The position numbers and the translations under genes are program-made. A stretch of DNA of 64,000 nucleotides from Thermodesulfobacteriota bacterium (GTDB lineage Bacteria > Desulfobacterota_D > UBA1144): contig JAYYZJ010000012.1 in assembly GCA_036340075.1 (NCBI GenBank), positions 1 to 64,000 of the forward strand, in the 5' to 3' direction. The notes under the pieces were generated by a model, which was not told where the DNA came from, ran no database searches, and saw nothing but the letters and a program-made list of their open reading frames with translations. Positions 61,500 through 64,000 of the stretch are shown here, piece by piece. Positions within the stretch are counted from its first letter, which is position 1, and the number at the start of each line of letters is the position of its first letter.

Positions 61500-61631
61500 T
61501 TGAGACAATTTGCAAAAATTCTAGTATTGGTTGTTTTTTTAGTATCGTCACTACAAGGATGTTCCTGGATAAGTAAGAAATGGGACGAAAGACCATCTTG
61601 GATGGGCGGCGATAAGGTAGAAAAGGAATAG
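61500..61631 (+). CDS. small lipoprotein (43 aa)
   Basis: GGAGGAG SD then TTG at 61500; hydrophobic signal with lipobox LQGC. Confidence 0.65.
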   Translation: MRQFAKILVLVVFLVSSLQGCSWISKKWDERPSWMGGDKVEKE

Positions 61632-61687
61632 CCAGAACTAACCAACAATAAAACTTTATAACCTTTTATTGTTTTATACTTATTCCT

Positions 61688-63064
61688 ATGAGTAAAAGAG
61701 ATGAATTTTCAGAGATGTTGTCATCTTTGCTTGGGGAGAGATTTAGTTTATCTGAAAGTGTTAGATCTAATTATGCAAAAGGCGAAGATATCTTTGATCC
61801 AGTCCTACCTTTCGCGGTTGCTTTCCCTAATTCCACAGAAGAAGTTTCTCAAATACTAAAGTTGTGTAACAAGTTTAAAGTACCCGTAGTTCCATTTGCT
61901 GCAGGAACCTCACTTGAAGGACAAGTAGTAGGAAACCAAGATGGTATATCAATTAGTATGGAAAATTTCAATAAGATTATTGAAGTAAATAATGAAGATT
62001 TCGACTGCAGAGTGGAAGCCGCGGTAACCAGAATTCAATTAAACAATTATCTTAAAGACAAAGGTGTCTTTTTCCCTATAGACCCTGGAGCTGATGCAAC
62101 AATTGGTGGCATGTGTGCTACTTCAGCATCAGGAACTATGGCTGTAAGATACGGAACAATGAAAACAAGTGTTTTAGGATTCACGATTGTTCTTCCAAGT
62201 GGTGAGATTATAACTACAGGTGGAAGATCAAAGAAAACTTCTGCAGGTTATAATTTAAATGGACTTTTTATTGGCTCAGAAGGCACACTTGGGATAATTA
62301 CTGAAATTCAGTTAAGACTCAGCCCTGTTCCAGAGAGCATAATTAGTGGTATATGCCATTTCGAAACTGTTAATGATGCAGTTAATTCTGTAAAAGAAAT
62401 AATTCAATATGGAATACCTGTTGCAAGAATAGAACTCTTGAATGCTGAACAAATGGAAATAAGTATAAATTTTTCTAACCTATCAGGCTTAGACATTAAA
62501 CCCACTCTTTTTTTTGAATTTCATGGAACTGAGGATTCAAATATTGAATCAGTAAGGAATGCAAATGAAATATGTGACAGCAATAATGGATTTAAATTTA
62601 GTTGGTCAAAAGATTTTGAAGAAAGAAACAAGCTTTGGAAAGCAAGACACGATGTTTACTGGTCAGTAAAAGCTCTTAAGCCTAATTCTAGAGTTTATGC
62701 TACGGATGCATGTGTCCCCATAACAAGGTTAGCTGAATGTATTGAGTTTGCAGAAATTGAAATAAAAAAATTCAATCTTCGAGCTCCTATTATTGGGCAC
62801 GTTGGTGATGGTAATTTTCATGTAACTGTTTTGTATGACCCAGAGAAAAAGAATGATTTTGATGTGATTAGAAAATTTAGTGATAAACTAGTTTCCAAGT
62901 CATTAGAACTAGGGGGGACTATTACAGGAGAGCATGGAATAGGATTGAATAAGAAGGAGTACCTATCCTTAGAACACAATGATTCCATCCCCCTTATGAA
63001 GGCACTTAAAAAGTGTATTGATCCTAACAATATTATGAATCCAGGAAAAGTTTTTGATTTATGA
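61688..63064 (+). CDS. FAD-linked oxidase, D-lactate dehydrogenase/GlcD family
   Basis: GTSLEG, FPIDPGA, SAGYNL, GSEGTLG, GHVGDGNFH, GEHGIG, DPNNIMNPGK. Confidence 0.9.
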   Translation: MSKRDEFSEMLSSLLGERFSLSESVRSNYAKGEDIFDPVLPFAVAFPNSTEEVSQILKLCNKFKVPVVPFAAGTSLEGQVVGNQDGISISMENFNKIIEVNNEDFDCRVEAAVTRIQLNNYLKDKGVFFPIDPGADATIGGMCATSASGTMAVRYGTMKTSVLGFTIVLPSGEIITTGGRSKKTSAGYNLNGLFIGSEGTLGIITEIQLRLSPVPESIISGICHFETVNDAVNSVKEIIQYGIPVARIELLNAEQMEISINFSNLSGLDIKPTLFFEFHGTEDSNIESVRNANEICDSNNGFKFSWSKDFEERNKLWKARHDVYWSVKALKPNSRVYATDACVPITRLAECIEFAEIEIKKFNLRAPIIGHVGDGNFHVTVLYDPEKKNDFDVIRKFSDKLVSKSLELGGTITGEHGIGLNKKEYLSLEHNDSIPLMKALKKCIDPNNIMNPGKVFDL

Positions 63065-63149
63065 GAATTAACCTAAATACGCGGAATCATTGGATATTCT
63101 TAATTTTGACTAAAATTGATGAAACAATGCCTAAAAGAAGGGCGTATTT

Positions 63150-63170
63150 GTTAAGAAAAAGTTAAGAAAA
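63150..63170. promoter_or_regulatory. direct repeat GTTAAGAAAA x2 (11-bp period) next to a TTGACT -35
   Basis: Copies at 63150-63159 and 63161-63170; TTGACT at 63174-63179. Confidence 0.45.
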
Positions 63171-63235
63171 CCCTTGACTTAGCACCTTAAAATGACTTAT
63201 TGTTATGTATCTTTACAAAAAGGAGGTAAGGACGG

Positions 63236-64000
63236 ATGCGTATAATGAAATATGTATTTGCTTTGGTATTCGCCATTGGTTTAGCTATTCCTACTTTTGC
63301 TGTAGAACTTAGCCTTGGTGGATTTCCAAGTTTCATGAGATTCCGTTGGAGAACCATTCAAAATGGTACTTATCACAACATCTTAACACCTGCCGAACTT
63401 GATGACATGGGCGGCGGTTTAGATGCTGATACTACTGGTGAGAACATCCATTTTGCTGATATGACTCTTCGTTTATCACCTCAATTAGTACTTAGTGATG
63501 CTGTTACAATTAGAACAACACTTGATGTTTTAAGTAACGCAATTGCTGGTGGTGCTACTGGTGGTTTATTTGGTGAAGACTCAGATGGTTCAGAAGGTGG
63601 CGGTGTTGTCATGGACGACCTAAGATATACCGATAGATTTAACGGTTCATTCCTATGGGGTGACGATGCTGTGTCAGAAGACTATGGCACATTTACTGTT
63701 AAGTTTATGCACGCGGATATCAATTTAGGTGAAAGAGGTTTCGTAAGAATCGGTAGACAACCATTTGATTGGGGTCTTGGTACTTATGCAAACGGTGGAC
63801 ACGATCCTTATTCAGATAAAGGATTTAACGTTGATCGTTTACTATGGTTAAAAGGATTCGGTACACCTCTAGGTAGTTTAACTTTAGTGTTAGTATCTGA
63901 TTATTTAGGTGGTGGTTCTGACCACGATAGCCCGGATGGTAACAACGTTGCTGCAGATAACTCATTTGGTTTATTTGAAGGTAACGGTCAAACTGTTGAC
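63236..64000 (+). CDS. outer-membrane beta-barrel protein, truncated by the window edge
   Basis: Not in ORF track; AAGGAGGT SD; MRIMKYVFALVFAIGLAIPTFA signal peptide; LRLSPQL, IRTTLDV, GRQPFDWGLG; frame open to 64000. Confidence 0.8.
   Translation, partial: MRIMKYVFALVFAIGLAIPTFAVELSLGGFPSFMRFRWRTIQNGTYHNILTPAELDDMGGGLDADTTGENIHFADMTLRLSPQLVLSDAVTIRTTLDVLSNAIAGGATGGLFGEDSDGSEGGGVVMDDLRYTDRFNGSFLWGDDAVSEDYGTFTVKFMHADINLGERGFVRIGRQPFDWGLGTYANGGHDPYSDKGFNVDRLLWLKGFGTPLGSLTLVLVSDYLGGGSDHDSPDGNNVAADNSFGLFEGNGQTVD

Noticed and set aside
63061..63165. 34-codon ORF (MRINLNTRNHWIFL...) overlapping the FAD oxidase stop
   Set aside because: No SD or recognisable features, and it runs into the next promoter; likely chance.
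63179..63205. TTAGCACC half-CIRCE upstream of the OMP gene
   Set aside because: The second half-site is absent.

Overview
A gene-dense, AT-rich (roughly 30% GC by eye) bacterial chromosome segment made mostly of housekeeping genes. It holds rluB-tmk-holB-metG-leuA, an atypical ilvB, rpmH-rnpA-yidD-yidC-jag, trpEG-tadA, a phosphomannomutase, groESL, uvrD, dnaE, ftsY-ribD-nadD-rsfS, a near-complete dcw cluster (mraZ to ftsZ, no ddl), murJ, aroQ-recJ, trkAH, ribF-aroE-thrC-thiE, a deoxyhypusine-synthase-like gene, an aminotransferase plus M48 peptidase, a PiT-like transporter/porin cassette, a FAD oxidase, and a truncated outer-membrane protein at the right edge. Tiny intergenic gaps, diderm envelope genes and deltaproteobacteria-like proteins suggest a streamlined marine organism such as Ca. 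Dadabacteria; this is inference only. I saw no rRNA, tRNA, CRISPR or mobile element. The best leads are: (1) a tandem pair of NrdR-box-like palindromes exactly 31 bp apart over an internal promoter of ftsZ, (2) an IlvB whose N-terminal half-site is degenerate while its C-terminal half-site is intact, (3) a PiT-like transporter, Cys-repeat peptide and OprO/P-like porin cassette, (4) a recurrent leaderless-mRNA signature, (5) a non-canonical start codon for murJ, and (6) a candidate sRNA after leuA. All family assignments are by motif recognition; no searches were run.
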